Source: an uncultured virus (IMG/VR IMGVR_UViG_3300042564_002063)
Lineage: Duplodnaviria; Heunggongvirae; Uroviricota; Caudoviricetes
Length of the DNA: 64,000 nt
Reading direction: 5' to 3' (one strand)
IMG/VR virus record: IMGVR_UViG_3300042564_002063
Shown here: piece after piece, positions 1 through 7,637 of the stretch
Position numbering within the stretch: the first letter of the stretch is position 1
How the letters are laid out: each line of letters opens with the position of its first letter
Notes under the pieces: model-generated
What the model was told of the DNA's origin: nothing
What the model saw: the letters and a program-made list of their open reading frames with translations, nothing else
Database searches by the model: none
Position numbers and translations under genes: made by a program

Positions 1-28
1 TATTTACCGCCGAACTCTTCGCCCGAAC

Positions 29-127
29 TTAATCTATTAAGATATCTTCTAAAATTTCGACGAGAAGCATATCCTCTAAATCTTTGTCGGTGTACCCTTC
101 TGCGTCCAAGCTTGCCATCTTAGCCAT
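29..127 (-). CDS. small acidic hypothetical protein (32 aa)
   Basis: Read manually: MAKMASLDAEGYTDKDLEDMLLVEILEDILID*; the ATG overlaps the upstream gene's TAA (TAATG coupling). Confidence 0.5.
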   Translation of the reverse strand: MAKMASLDAEGYTDKDLEDMLLVEILEDILID

Positions 128-330
128 TAGTCTTCTCTCTTACGATTCCATACCTCAACGCCCATGTAAAGGTTTAGAATCTCTATAGTAAAAGACCTAT
201 CATAGAGGTTGATGTTTGCACCTATGCCCCAGTGATCTGTCCTGCCAATGTAAAATGAAACTGTTTCAAATAATACTAAAGCTCCCCCAAAGTTCCAGGA
301 ACTCTTTTCATATCTAGCGAATCTACTCAC
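127..330 (-). CDS. hypothetical protein
   Basis: Track ORF 127..372; GTG at 330 overlapping the upstream TGA (GTGA) is the likelier start. Confidence 0.65.
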   Translation of the reverse strand: MSRFARYEKSSWNFGGALVLFETVSFYIGRTDHWGIGANINLYDRSFTIEILNLYMGVEVWNRKRED

Positions 331-566
331 TTCTGCCCTCCATTGATTGCTTGTATACCTTTCATCACACAAATCTCTGCCCCATCACCATAGCGATGCT
401 TGAACTCTGTGCCACGCATTACCCATTCATCTAGATTGGTTGGCTCTTTGCCATCAACAATAAGATAAACATTGTTATCGTCTTTGCCTGTGCCTCCAGA
501 AAACCTGCCGATGTGCAAGGTGCTCAAAAGCGAATCGTTAACCCTGATGTCAATGTGCAGTGGCAT
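327..566 (-). CDS. hypothetical phage protein
   Basis: 79-aa ORF, coupled TAATG start with GGAG upstream. Confidence 0.75.
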   Translation of the reverse strand: MPLHIDIRVNDSLLSTLHIGRFSGGTGKDDNNVYLIVDGKEPTNLDEWVMRGTEFKHRYGDGAEICVMKGIQAINGGQK

Positions 567-712
567 TATTCTCCGTTCGAAGTGTCTCTAAATTGTGTTG
601 GTGGGTGCATCTCTGCAAGTCTTTTCTTTTCCATGTATTCTTTAGCTAATGCCAAGATTTCTTCTGGTGTTCTGGGTGTAGCCAGACCAACGGTATACTC
701 ATGCTGACTCAT
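566..712 (-). CDS. hypothetical protein
   Basis: MSQHEYTVGL... start at 712 follows GGGAG; packed within the operon. Confidence 0.6.
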   Translation of the reverse strand: MSQHEYTVGLATPRTPEEILALAKEYMEKKRLAEMHPPTQFRDTSNGE

Positions 713-914
713 ACGGAACCCAATCTCCCTTATATGTATAGTTAAGACCATGCTCTGGTGTATAAACACAGATCTCGTCTGGCTCTAGCCACTTAGTCTG
801 CTTGTCAGATGTGATGAAGAACATCTTGGTCCCTTCGGGTATTGCAGTCTCTGCATCCATATTCTTCATTAGATTAATAAACGTATCACGCTTAGCCATT
901 ACGAACTGTGACAT
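699..914 (-). CDS. hypothetical protein
   Basis: 71-aa ORF downstream of a TATAAT element at about 948-953. Confidence 0.7.
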   Translation of the reverse strand: MSQFVMAKRDTFINLMKNMDAETAIPEGTKMFFITSDKQTKWLEPDEICVYTPEHGLNYTYKGDWVPYESA

Positions 915-1037
915 TTACAGGTGCACCTTATCTCTTGTGATGTTACAATTATACACTCATCGTGCTGATTTGTAAAGCACCAACCAAATCTTCCATCGCC
1001 CTTTGCCATACAAACAGTATAGTGGTATACTCTATAA

Positions 1038-1244
1038 ATGTCTAGTAAATTTAAATATCCTATTGACCCAACCAAGGTCTATACGCTACAATATGAAGAC
1101 TTCTCAATAGAGATAAGTGGTGAAGAAATATTGGGAGCCTTTAGACGAGGTGCCTACTTAGAAAAGATCTTAGCAGAAAGCGAATTATGGACACAAACTT
1201 TCAATCAGAGTCAAGACGGTCAGGAGACCTTTTCGAAGACTTAG
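1038..1244 (+). CDS. hypothetical protein, probably leaderless
   Basis: 68-aa ORF; TTGCCA-N18-TATACT promoter ends 6 nt before the ATG. Confidence 0.7.
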   Translation: MSSKFKYPIDPTKVYTLQYEDFSIEISGEEILGAFRRGAYLEKILAESELWTQTFNQSQDGQETFSKT

Positions 1245-1597
1245 TGCAAAATGATCTTGGTCGTATTGGAATAAAAGATCCAGAAAGAAACATTACCTTG
1301 GCAGATGTCGGTGTCGAGGTGGACTTTGCTTATCTTGATAGTGTGGGCAGGCAATTTTATATTGAGGCAAAGGGTGGCGAGCATGGTAAGAACAAGAGAC
1401 CAGGAGCCAAACGTACTGACAATGTAAAAAAGGCAATTGCAAATGGTGCACTCATAAAGGCAGCTTACCCAGAAGCTCAGTTTCTGGTATACTTTTCAGA
1501 GTTGCCAAAGTTTGGAAGCTCTTCTCACAAGATGATTAAGAATGCTGTCCTTGCTGGGTACATTGATGGAGTTAGGTACTTGATTAAATATGAATAA
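1187..1597 (+). CDS. PD-(D/E)XK restriction-endonuclease-like nuclease
   Basis: FE...EVDF...YIEAKGG catalytic motif pattern. Confidence 0.7.
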   Translation: MDTNFQSESRRSGDLFEDLVQNDLGRIGIKDPERNITLADVGVEVDFAYLDSVGRQFYIEAKGGEHGKNKRPGAKRTDNVKKAIANGALIKAAYPEAQFLVYFSELPKFGSSSHKMIKNAVLAGYIDGVRYLIKYE

Positions 1598-1808
1598 GAT
1601 TAATACTGATGTTAATAATGCTAAGTGGCATACCCTTTGGAAAAAGCGTATGGCAGAAAATAAGCCACGTGAGGGTGACTATAATTTTGTGATTTGGCAA
1701 AATGGTGGAGAGACCATTGTTGAGCCATGGGATAGATCCGTCCCGCCATCAATTTATACAAAAGGCGAATGGGTTATTTTAGCTAATGACTACAGAGAGG
1801 AAAGCTAA
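1590..1808 (+). CDS. hypothetical protein
   Basis: 72-aa ORF overlapping the previous stop. Confidence 0.7.
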   Translation: MNKINTDVNNAKWHTLWKKRMAENKPREGDYNFVIWQNGGETIVEPWDRSVPPSIYTKGEWVILANDYREES

Positions 1809-1918
1809 TGCCACCAAAGACTAAGGGTAATAGAAATTCGGAAAGAAACAACGGCAAGGCTTCTAAAAAGCATCCGCTAATCTTTGATCCAGTTAAACGT
1901 AGGCTAGTTAAAGCTTAA
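1808..1918 (+). CDS. small basic protein (36 aa)
   Basis: Manual: MPPKTKGNRNSERNNGKASKKHPLIFDPVKRRLVKA*; TAATG coupling and GAGG SD. Confidence 0.6.
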   Translation: MPPKTKGNRNSERNNGKASKKHPLIFDPVKRRLVKA

Positions 1919-2105
1919 TAAAACCGTCTATAGAAGACCATATAGAGTTGCATGATTTGCATATAAACTGTATATCAGAAGGGGTGCATCCGCCAAGGGT
2001 CCACCCCTTTTCTTCTTTTATTTCCATAAGGGCTTGAGTTGGGTATCCATACACTATCCGTGACATATTTACCTGGCAATCTAAACATTTTTTTTCGTAT
2101 TCCAC
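1908..2105 (-). CDS. small CxxC...IxYGYP...LGG...CxxC zinc-binding protein
   Basis: CLDC, IVYGYP, LGGC and CKSC motifs; GTG start inferred; paralog at 2427..2600. Confidence 0.65.
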   Translation of the reverse strand: MEYEKKCLDCQVNMSRIVYGYPTQALMEIKEEKGWTLGGCTPSDIQFICKSCNSIWSSIDGFIKL

Positions 2106-2151
2106 ACTACATTTTACCAAATCTTTTAACAAGGTAAGATATAATAATAGA

Positions 2152-2421
2152 ATGACGAGAAAAGAAATAATTGAGTTTAGTAATTCTAACTCACATGCGT
2201 CAGAGTCCATGAGAGATGTTGTCGCAAAGCTACTTGTCGCAAACCCAGATCTTTCTTACATTAGAGTCAATTATGATGAGGATCCTGACCTAGTTAAGGC
2301 TATTATCGCCTCTCAACCTCCAACAATTAGTCCATTTTTTGTTAGTTTTACAGACGGAAAAATGTCTAAGAGTATTGCTGGAATAGTTCCCATTGAAGAA
2401 CTAGAAGAATTAATTAAATAA
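2152..2421 (+). CDS. thioredoxin-fold protein lacking CxxC
   Basis: Trx-like pattern IIEFS..SHAS...VNYDEDPDL...SPFFV...G; TATAAT shortly before the ATG. Confidence 0.6.
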   Translation: MTRKEIIEFSNSNSHASESMRDVVAKLLVANPDLSYIRVNYDEDPDLVKAIIASQPPTISPFFVSFTDGKMSKSIAGIVPIEELEELIK

Positions 2422-2426
2422 TTATA

Positions 2427-2600
2427 TTATTCTGAGAATGGATAAGTGTCTTGGCACTCATGACAGTAGTGAGTATACTCTTTAAATACAGTACCGCCAA
2501 GAACAACCTTGTCTAGTTTTGACTGCTCAATCAAGTCAGCTGTCGGGTACCCGTAAATAATAGGCACAAGCTGAGCTTGATTACAATTTGGACAAATCAT
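2427..2600 (-). CDS. small CxxC...IxYGYP...LGG...CxxC zinc-binding protein (57 aa, below track cutoff)
   Basis: Manual: MICPNCNQAQLVPIIYGYPTADLIEQSKLDKVVLGGTVFKEYTHYCHECQDTYPFSE*. Confidence 0.75.
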   Translation of the reverse strand: MICPNCNQAQLVPIIYGYPTADLIEQSKLDKVVLGGTVFKEYTHYCHECQDTYPFSE

Positions 2601-2770
2601 TAAGTTATTATATCACGTATATAATGGAATATGTTGCCAATTTGTTATAAATGTGAGTGTGGCGTAAAGATTTTTGGCGACAACATTTTTGCTCTCATGC
2701 CATACTATTACGAACATAAAAGAATTTGCCCTGGATCTCAGCCTTCTTTATAAATTTGTTATAAAATCTC

Positions 2771-2800
2771 TTGCAATAACTATAAACCTAAGAGTATAAT
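2771..2800 (+). promoter_or_regulatory. SigA/sigma70-type promoter for the nrdH-groES-thyX operon
   Basis: TTGCAA (2771-2776), 18-nt spacer, TATAAT (2795-2800); AGAGGAG SD before nrdH. Confidence 0.75.
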
Positions 2801-2827
2801 AGAGGTCTAACTTAAGAGGAGATCCAA

Positions 2828-3049
2828 ATGACAACGGTTTATACAAAGCCATCCTGTGTCCAATGCGACATGACAAAGAAAATGCTAGACAAACTTGGCG
2901 TGGAGTATCAAACCGTAGATATTACTCAGGATACAGATGCTTTTGAGAAAGTTTTGGGTATGGGCTTTAAGTCTGCCCCAGTAGTAATCACAGATACGGA
3001 CTCTTGGGCTGGATTCAATCCAGACAAGATCAATAGCCTAGCGGCATAA
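2828..3049 (+). CDS. nrdH: glutaredoxin-like NrdH-redoxin
   Basis: TVYTKPSCVQC, APVV and WAGFNPDKI motifs; class Ib RNR genes present in the window. Confidence 0.93.
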   Translation: MTTVYTKPSCVQCDMTKKMLDKLGVEYQTVDITQDTDAFEKVLGMGFKSAPVVITDTDSWAGFNPDKINSLAA

Positions 3050-3064
3050 TAGAAACGAGATGGT

Positions 3065-3361
3065 ATGATCAAACCCGTAAACGACAAGGTCGTTGTAAAG
3101 GTAGTTAAAGAAGCAGAAAAGGCAACCTCTTCTGGTTTTATTCTAAGCATGTCAGAAGAGAAGCCTAATGAGGCTATTGTAGTGGCTGTTGGTCCAGGAC
3201 TAAAGCTTGACAATGGAGTTCTCATGAAGCCAGATCTTTCTGTTGGAGACAAGGTTATATTTGCCAAGTACCAAGGAACTGAGGTTGAGCATGATGGGAA
3301 AGATTATTTGATTCTTGCCTACCGTGACATTGTTGCGGTTATTGAGGAAGCAAATGACTAG
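3065..3361 (+). CDS. groES: co-chaperonin GroES (Cpn10)
   Basis: IKPVNDKVVV, VVAVGPG, VGDKVIFAKYQGTEV. Confidence 0.95.
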   Translation: MIKPVNDKVVVKVVKEAEKATSSGFILSMSEEKPNEAIVVAVGPGLKLDNGVLMKPDLSVGDKVIFAKYQGTEVEHDGKDYLILAYRDIVAVIEEAND

Positions 3362-3647
3362 AGATCTTTCTGCATTTAGACTTCTCGCTTCTCCGTATTA
3401 CGAAGAGGCACTGGAAATCCTTGTAAAAAAGCAGTCAGACTATGGTCCAAAGAACATTGCACTGGCTCCAGGAGGTCCTTTAAATGGACTTCGTGTACGA
3501 ATGCATGATAAGATGTCTAGAATTAATCATTTGATTGATTCTGGTGCTACTCCTGAAAACGAAAGTCTTAGGGATAGCTTTTTAGATATGTTGAATTACA
3601 GTGCCATTGCAATGATGGTGTTAGATGAGGATTGGCCAACAGAATGA
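3354..3647 (+). CDS. DUF1599 / nucleotide-modification-associated (MazG-like) protein
   Basis: KKQSDYG...RMHDKMSR...ESLRDSFLDMLNYS pattern. Confidence 0.75.
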   Translation: MTRDLSAFRLLASPYYEEALEILVKKQSDYGPKNIALAPGGPLNGLRVRMHDKMSRINHLIDSGATPENESLRDSFLDMLNYSAIAMMVLDEDWPTE

Positions 3648-4357
3648 CAGTGTATATTAGAACCACACCAGAACCAGTAAACGTCCTTGATGAAGGCTAC
3701 GTTAGGCTAGTAGATGTATTGGGAGATGATCTAGCAGTGGTAAATGCTGCCAGAGTATCTTACGATAAAGAGTCTACAGACTTTACTGAGAAGGATGCTA
3801 AGCTAATTAATTTCCTATTGAGGGAGAAGCACACTAGTCCTTTTAGGCACGCTGCTCTTACGTTTGAGGTCTATGCCCCACTTTTTGTGGCACGGCAGTG
3901 GTGGAAGTATGCAGTAGCATCTACTCACGTTGATGAGCAGAATGGTTGGAACGAGTCTTCACGCAGATACATTACTGAGGAGGAGAAGTTTTACATTCCA
4001 CTGCCTCACGAATGGCGTTCTAAGCCAGAGAACAGCAAGCAGGGTTCTGGAGAGCCAGTAGAAGAAGAAATTGGTGCTAAGCATTTCCAGAGGCTAATTG
4101 AGACCGTTGCTGCAGGAACTAGTGCGTACCACGATGCAATGAATGACGGTATTGCTCCTGAGATTGCTAGACTATTTTTGCCCGCATATGGAATGTATGT
4201 TCGTTGGCGGTGGACGGTATCTCTACAGGGAGTTCTTACCTTCCTGGATCAAAGACTAGAGCATGATGCTCAGTATGAGATTCAGAAGTATGCTGAGGCT
4301 GTTCTTAGCTTAACCAAGGATGCATTTCCACAAACGATTGCTGCTCTTTACGAGTAG
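3644..4357 (+). CDS. thyX: FAD-dependent thymidylate synthase ThyX
   Basis: AARVSY, HTSPFRH, PLFVARQW, NESSRRY, AQYEIQ. Confidence 0.93.
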   Translation: MTVYIRTTPEPVNVLDEGYVRLVDVLGDDLAVVNAARVSYDKESTDFTEKDAKLINFLLREKHTSPFRHAALTFEVYAPLFVARQWWKYAVASTHVDEQNGWNESSRRYITEEEKFYIPLPHEWRSKPENSKQGSGEPVEEEIGAKHFQRLIETVAAGTSAYHDAMNDGIAPEIARLFLPAYGMYVRWRWTVSLQGVLTFLDQRLEHDAQYEIQKYAEAVLSLTKDAFPQTIAALYE

Positions 4358-4364
4358 CAGTCCA

Positions 4365-4438
4365 GGGGAGTTAGCTCAGCTGGTTAGAGCAGCGGACTCA
4401 TAATCCGTCGGTCATGGGTTCAAGTCCCATACTCCCCA
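4365..4438 (+). tRNA. tRNA with CAT anticodon (Ile2/lysidine type or elongator Met)
   Basis: Acceptor GGGGAGT/ACTCCCC, anticodon arm GCGGA-CTCATAA-TCCGT, T-loop TTCAAGT; no encoded CCA. Confidence 0.93.
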
Positions 4439-4439
4439 C

Positions 4440-4512
4440 GTCCCCATATCCCAACGGCAGAGGAAGTTGACTTAAAATCAATTCAGTGTCAGTTCGAATC
4501 TGACTGGGGATA
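4440..4512 (+). tRNA. tRNA-Leu(TAA) with short variable loop
   Basis: Acceptor GTCCCCA/TGGGGAT, anticodon arm GTTGA-CTTAAAA-TCAAT, T-arm GTCAG-TTCGAAT-CTGAC. Confidence 0.88.
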
Positions 4513-4533
4513 CGAATAGTGTATAATGTATCT

Positions 4534-5187
4534 ATGCTTACACTAGAAAAAATAAGTAATAATGGATTCTCTGCTACAGAAATAGGAAGCAGAATCTTTT
4601 TGCTTGAAGGCTTTCTTACCCCCGAAGAAGTAGATGAGCTACTAAAAATATCTAAGGCTGCCACTCAAGACGAGTGGGAGGGTGCTTACCTAGATAATAT
4701 GAGGGATTTCTGCGTGGCAAAGTTTGGAAGAAGCGATATAGAAAATCTTGTTGCTGAAGGTAAGCTAGAGCTAACTGGTAACTGGAACGATAAGATTCTT
4801 AGAATTGACAAGCTTAATGTTGCTGCACAAATTGGTAAGAGGGTAACTGCTTTATTTGATAGTGTTGATGGCCTAAGAGATGGATCATCTGTTGGCATCA
4901 TACAGCGTCAGTATGAGGGCGTTGCCCTGACTGAGCACGTAGATAATCACACCGACCCATCACTTGACTATGCTTGCGTAGCATACCTGAACGATGATTA
5001 TGAAGGCGGAGAGGTATTCTTTTCTAAGTTTGGCATAGAACTAAAACCTAAGCCAGGATCACTTCTGGTTTTTCCAACCACAGAAGACTGGTCTCACGGT
5101 GTCTATGAGGTTAAGGCTGGTCCAGTAAGATATGTCCTACCAATTTTTGTTGGCAAGAAGGACTTTTACAAAAACAATAAACACTAA
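4534..5187 (+). CDS. 2OG-Fe(II) oxygenase (prolyl-4-hydroxylase-like)
   Basis: HVD...YLNDDYEGGE...PKPGSLLVFP...HGV...RY facial triad; TATAAT 6 nt before the ATG. Confidence 0.88.
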   Translation: MLTLEKISNNGFSATEIGSRIFLLEGFLTPEEVDELLKISKAATQDEWEGAYLDNMRDFCVAKFGRSDIENLVAEGKLELTGNWNDKILRIDKLNVAAQIGKRVTALFDSVDGLRDGSSVGIIQRQYEGVALTEHVDNHTDPSLDYACVAYLNDDYEGGEVFFSKFGIELKPKPGSLLVFPTTEDWSHGVYEVKAGPVRYVLPIFVGKKDFYKNNKH

Positions 5188-5870
5188 TTCTTTTCATAAA
5201 TAGTGTTTTTATTAAAATAGTGCTTTAAAAGATTTTCCTCAACCTCACTGAATGACGAGTCATTTGTAGATAGAAAAGGCAAAGATCCAGACATATAGTC
5301 ATAAGACTTAAAAGACATGCTGCTGCTAGAATATACCTTTACATCTGAAATCATAAAACCTCCGACCTCAAAGATGTTTCCATAAATAGATCTCCATAGG
5401 ATGTCGCTATACTTAATTATCTTAGCCAGTTTTACTTTCTCTACTGGGAATGGTACATGTAACTCATAAGATAGTGGGTCTTTGTACCCCAGCCTTTTTA
5501 GTTTATTTAACGTATCTAAAAGTTTTTTGTTGTATGAAGATACCTGGGTGATGTCCATGTAAGCCTCATACTTATTTTGCAAGCTACCCTCATGATAGTA
5601 TCCATACTCATTGTTTAAGAAATAAAAATCATCATTCATTAGAATAAAGTTATCTTCCACTAAATCTGAAATGGCAATCTCCTTCAGACTATTGCTTACA
5701 TTCTCATACTTGGCAGAATTTTGTTGTATAAACAAAAGATCACCGACATACCAGGACGGAGCTTCTCCAACAACAAGGATCTTGGCATCTGGAAAGCTTT
5801 TAATTACTGACCTGATAGAATATCTAAGCTCTTCATTTGGCCCTTTCCTACATAGGTAAACAAATTGCAC
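5184..5870 (-). CDS. Stealth-like (hexose-1-phosphate transferase CR2-like) / glycosyltransferase-related protein
   Basis: NEELRYSIRS and FILMNDDFYF motifs, plus ELHVP. Confidence 0.65.
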   Translation of the reverse strand: MQFVYLCRKGPNEELRYSIRSVIKSFPDAKILVVGEAPSWYVGDLLFIQQNSAKYENVSNSLKEIAISDLVEDNFILMNDDFYFLNNEYGYYHEGSLQNKYEAYMDITQVSSYNKKLLDTLNKLKRLGYKDPLSYELHVPFPVEKVKLAKIIKYSDILWRSIYGNIFEVGGFMISDVKVYSSSSMSFKSYDYMSGSLPFLSTNDSSFSEVEENLLKHYFNKNTIYEKN

Positions 5871-5871
5871 C

Positions 5872-6546
5872 TTACCCCCTCTTATCTTTAAACTCTACAA
5901 GGTCCTTGTAGTACTGATTCTCTGGCCTATCTCCACGGTAAGTTGGATCATTGAATGTAGAGTGTGCTGAGCCAGGAACATATGCAAACAGTTTTCCATA
6001 CTTATCAAAGTATGCCCTATGTAGCATTGTGTCCTCTGGACCCCAGCCCTTTATATTTTCCTCAAAGCCTCCCAGCTCCAAGAAGATGTCTTTTGGTACT
6101 ACAATTGATCCGCTACATGGCCATAGCCTTCTTGGCAGTGCATCATTGTATGATAGGTTTGGTGGAGAAAACTCCTTACCAAGCCTTAGTCTATAGTCAA
6201 GTCTTTTTAAAAATACCGCAGTCTCTTTGAGGTTGTTATGTTGAAGGTATCTGTTGTATGGTGCTGTAATTTCATTATGCTTTACAGCGTAGGTGATTGC
6301 CTTCTGCATTGAAGATGGAGTTGCAAAGAAGTCAGCATCATTGAATATTACAATATCTGACCCATTGGCTATTGCCTTCTTGGCCCCAAGGTTCCTTGCC
6401 TGAGCAAGATTAAAATCATCGCCAAGACTATCAGAAATAATTAACTCAAAGTCTGGAAAGTTTTCCTGGTAGATTTCTATTACTTTTTCAAATGCCTCTA
6501 TCCTACTTGGATGAGATCTCCACGGGATTACCACTGATATTTTCAT
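5872..6546 (-). CDS. GT-A glycosyltransferase (GT2 with GT7-C-like tail)
   Basis: ISVVIPW, AQARNLGA, FNDAD (DxD), GGFEE...GWGPED. Confidence 0.85.
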   Translation of the reverse strand: MKISVVIPWRSHPSRIEAFEKVIEIYQENFPDFELIISDSLGDDFNLAQARNLGAKKAIANGSDIVIFNDADFFATPSSMQKAITYAVKHNEITAPYNRYLQHNNLKETAVFLKRLDYRLRLGKEFSPPNLSYNDALPRRLWPCSGSIVVPKDIFLELGGFEENIKGWGPEDTMLHRAYFDKYGKLFAYVPGSAHSTFNDPTYRGDRPENQYYKDLVEFKDKRG

Positions 6547-7274
6547 AGCATTCCAAACTTTTTTGCGAAGTAGGTTATTGCCGAACCAGCTGGTGGAATT
6601 TGCTCAGTATCAAAGCCACGTGCCCTAAGTGTACCAGTAAACATTGTAGCACTGTATGCATCTTTGCATATGTCCAATATGTCATTGGTCTTATCTGGAT
6701 CCCAGAAGTCTGATCCCCTGCTCCAGTGATCCAATACATTTACTTTCTCTGCAGGTTGAGCATATTTTTCTAAATCAAACTTTTTAACAAGCTTGGTCAA
6801 AAGCAATGGACCAACTGCTGCCCACTTCTCCTTGCCCTGAAACTTTTTGAGCTGAGGGATGAGCTTTTCTGTTTGTCTATTTAATTGAATTGTCAGTGCA
6901 TGATTCTGTGGCATCTTTAATATACCGCCAGCAGTTAGGTAGGCAGACTCTCGAATAAAGACAAACTCATCGTCTTCAAAGAACTTATCGGTCAGGCATA
7001 GGGTGTCTGCATCCACCCACATGGTTCCAGTAAGCTGGATCATCCTGTACCTGAAGTAGTCTGAAAAGGCAGCATACTGTCCATGGTAAGTGAACACCTT
7101 GTCCTGTGGAATAATTACTGAGGCATCAATCTTATTTACACCGTCTGGAACAGACAAATCCATGTCATAAACATATAGATTAACCTCATGTCCATGATGG
7201 ACGAAGGATGTAAGGCATAGCCTTTGAACATAGCCTAGAGGACCACCAACCCATAACGAACTAACTGTAGCCAA
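6543..7274 (-). CDS. DxD glycosyltransferase (GT32 / alpha-1,4-GT-like)
   Basis: SLWVG, FSDYFRY, WVDAD, GPLLLT. Confidence 0.82.
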   Translation of the reverse strand: MATVSSLWVGGPLGYVQRLCLTSFVHHGHEVNLYVYDMDLSVPDGVNKIDASVIIPQDKVFTYHGQYAAFSDYFRYRMIQLTGTMWVDADTLCLTDKFFEDDEFVFIRESAYLTAGGILKMPQNHALTIQLNRQTEKLIPQLKKFQGKEKWAAVGPLLLTKLVKKFDLEKYAQPAEKVNVLDHWSRGSDFWDPDKTNDILDICKDAYSATMFTGTLRARGFDTEQIPPAGSAITYFAKKFGML

Positions 7275-7317
7275 CTCTTCTCCAGACTTACTTATAATAT
7301 TGGTATAATTATATCAT

Positions 7318-7599
7318 ATGGTAAAAACGGCTAAACACCGTAAGGCTATGGCATCGGTGTTAGAGGAACTACACCTCTTTAAAGAGAAAAAAGGCTGTGC
7401 TGATTGTAGAAATCATTACCCACATTACGTTCTTGAGTTTGACCACATGCCTGGTTTCCAAAAAATTGACGTTGTCTATCGTGTTCTAAGAAACTATGGC
7501 GAAGAGATGGCCTGGAAAGAAGTTTCTAAGTGCGAAGTTGTCTGTGCAAATTGTCACAAGATCAGAACTTATGAGAGAGAAAAGGACCTAGAGTCTTAA
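7318..7599 (+). CDS. HNH-family endonuclease
   Basis: CADC...LEFDH...KCEVVCANCHKIRT. Confidence 0.8.
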   Translation: MVKTAKHRKAMASVLEELHLFKEKKGCADCRNHYPHYVLEFDHMPGFQKIDVVYRVLRNYGEEMAWKEVSKCEVVCANCHKIRTYEREKDLES

Positions 7600-7637
7600 T
7601 TGCAAATTAGGGGTATACAGTTGTACCCCCCAAGTGT

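Noticed and set aside
4398..4664. 88-aa minus-strand ORF
   Set aside because: Overlaps two tRNAs and the oxygenase on the other strand
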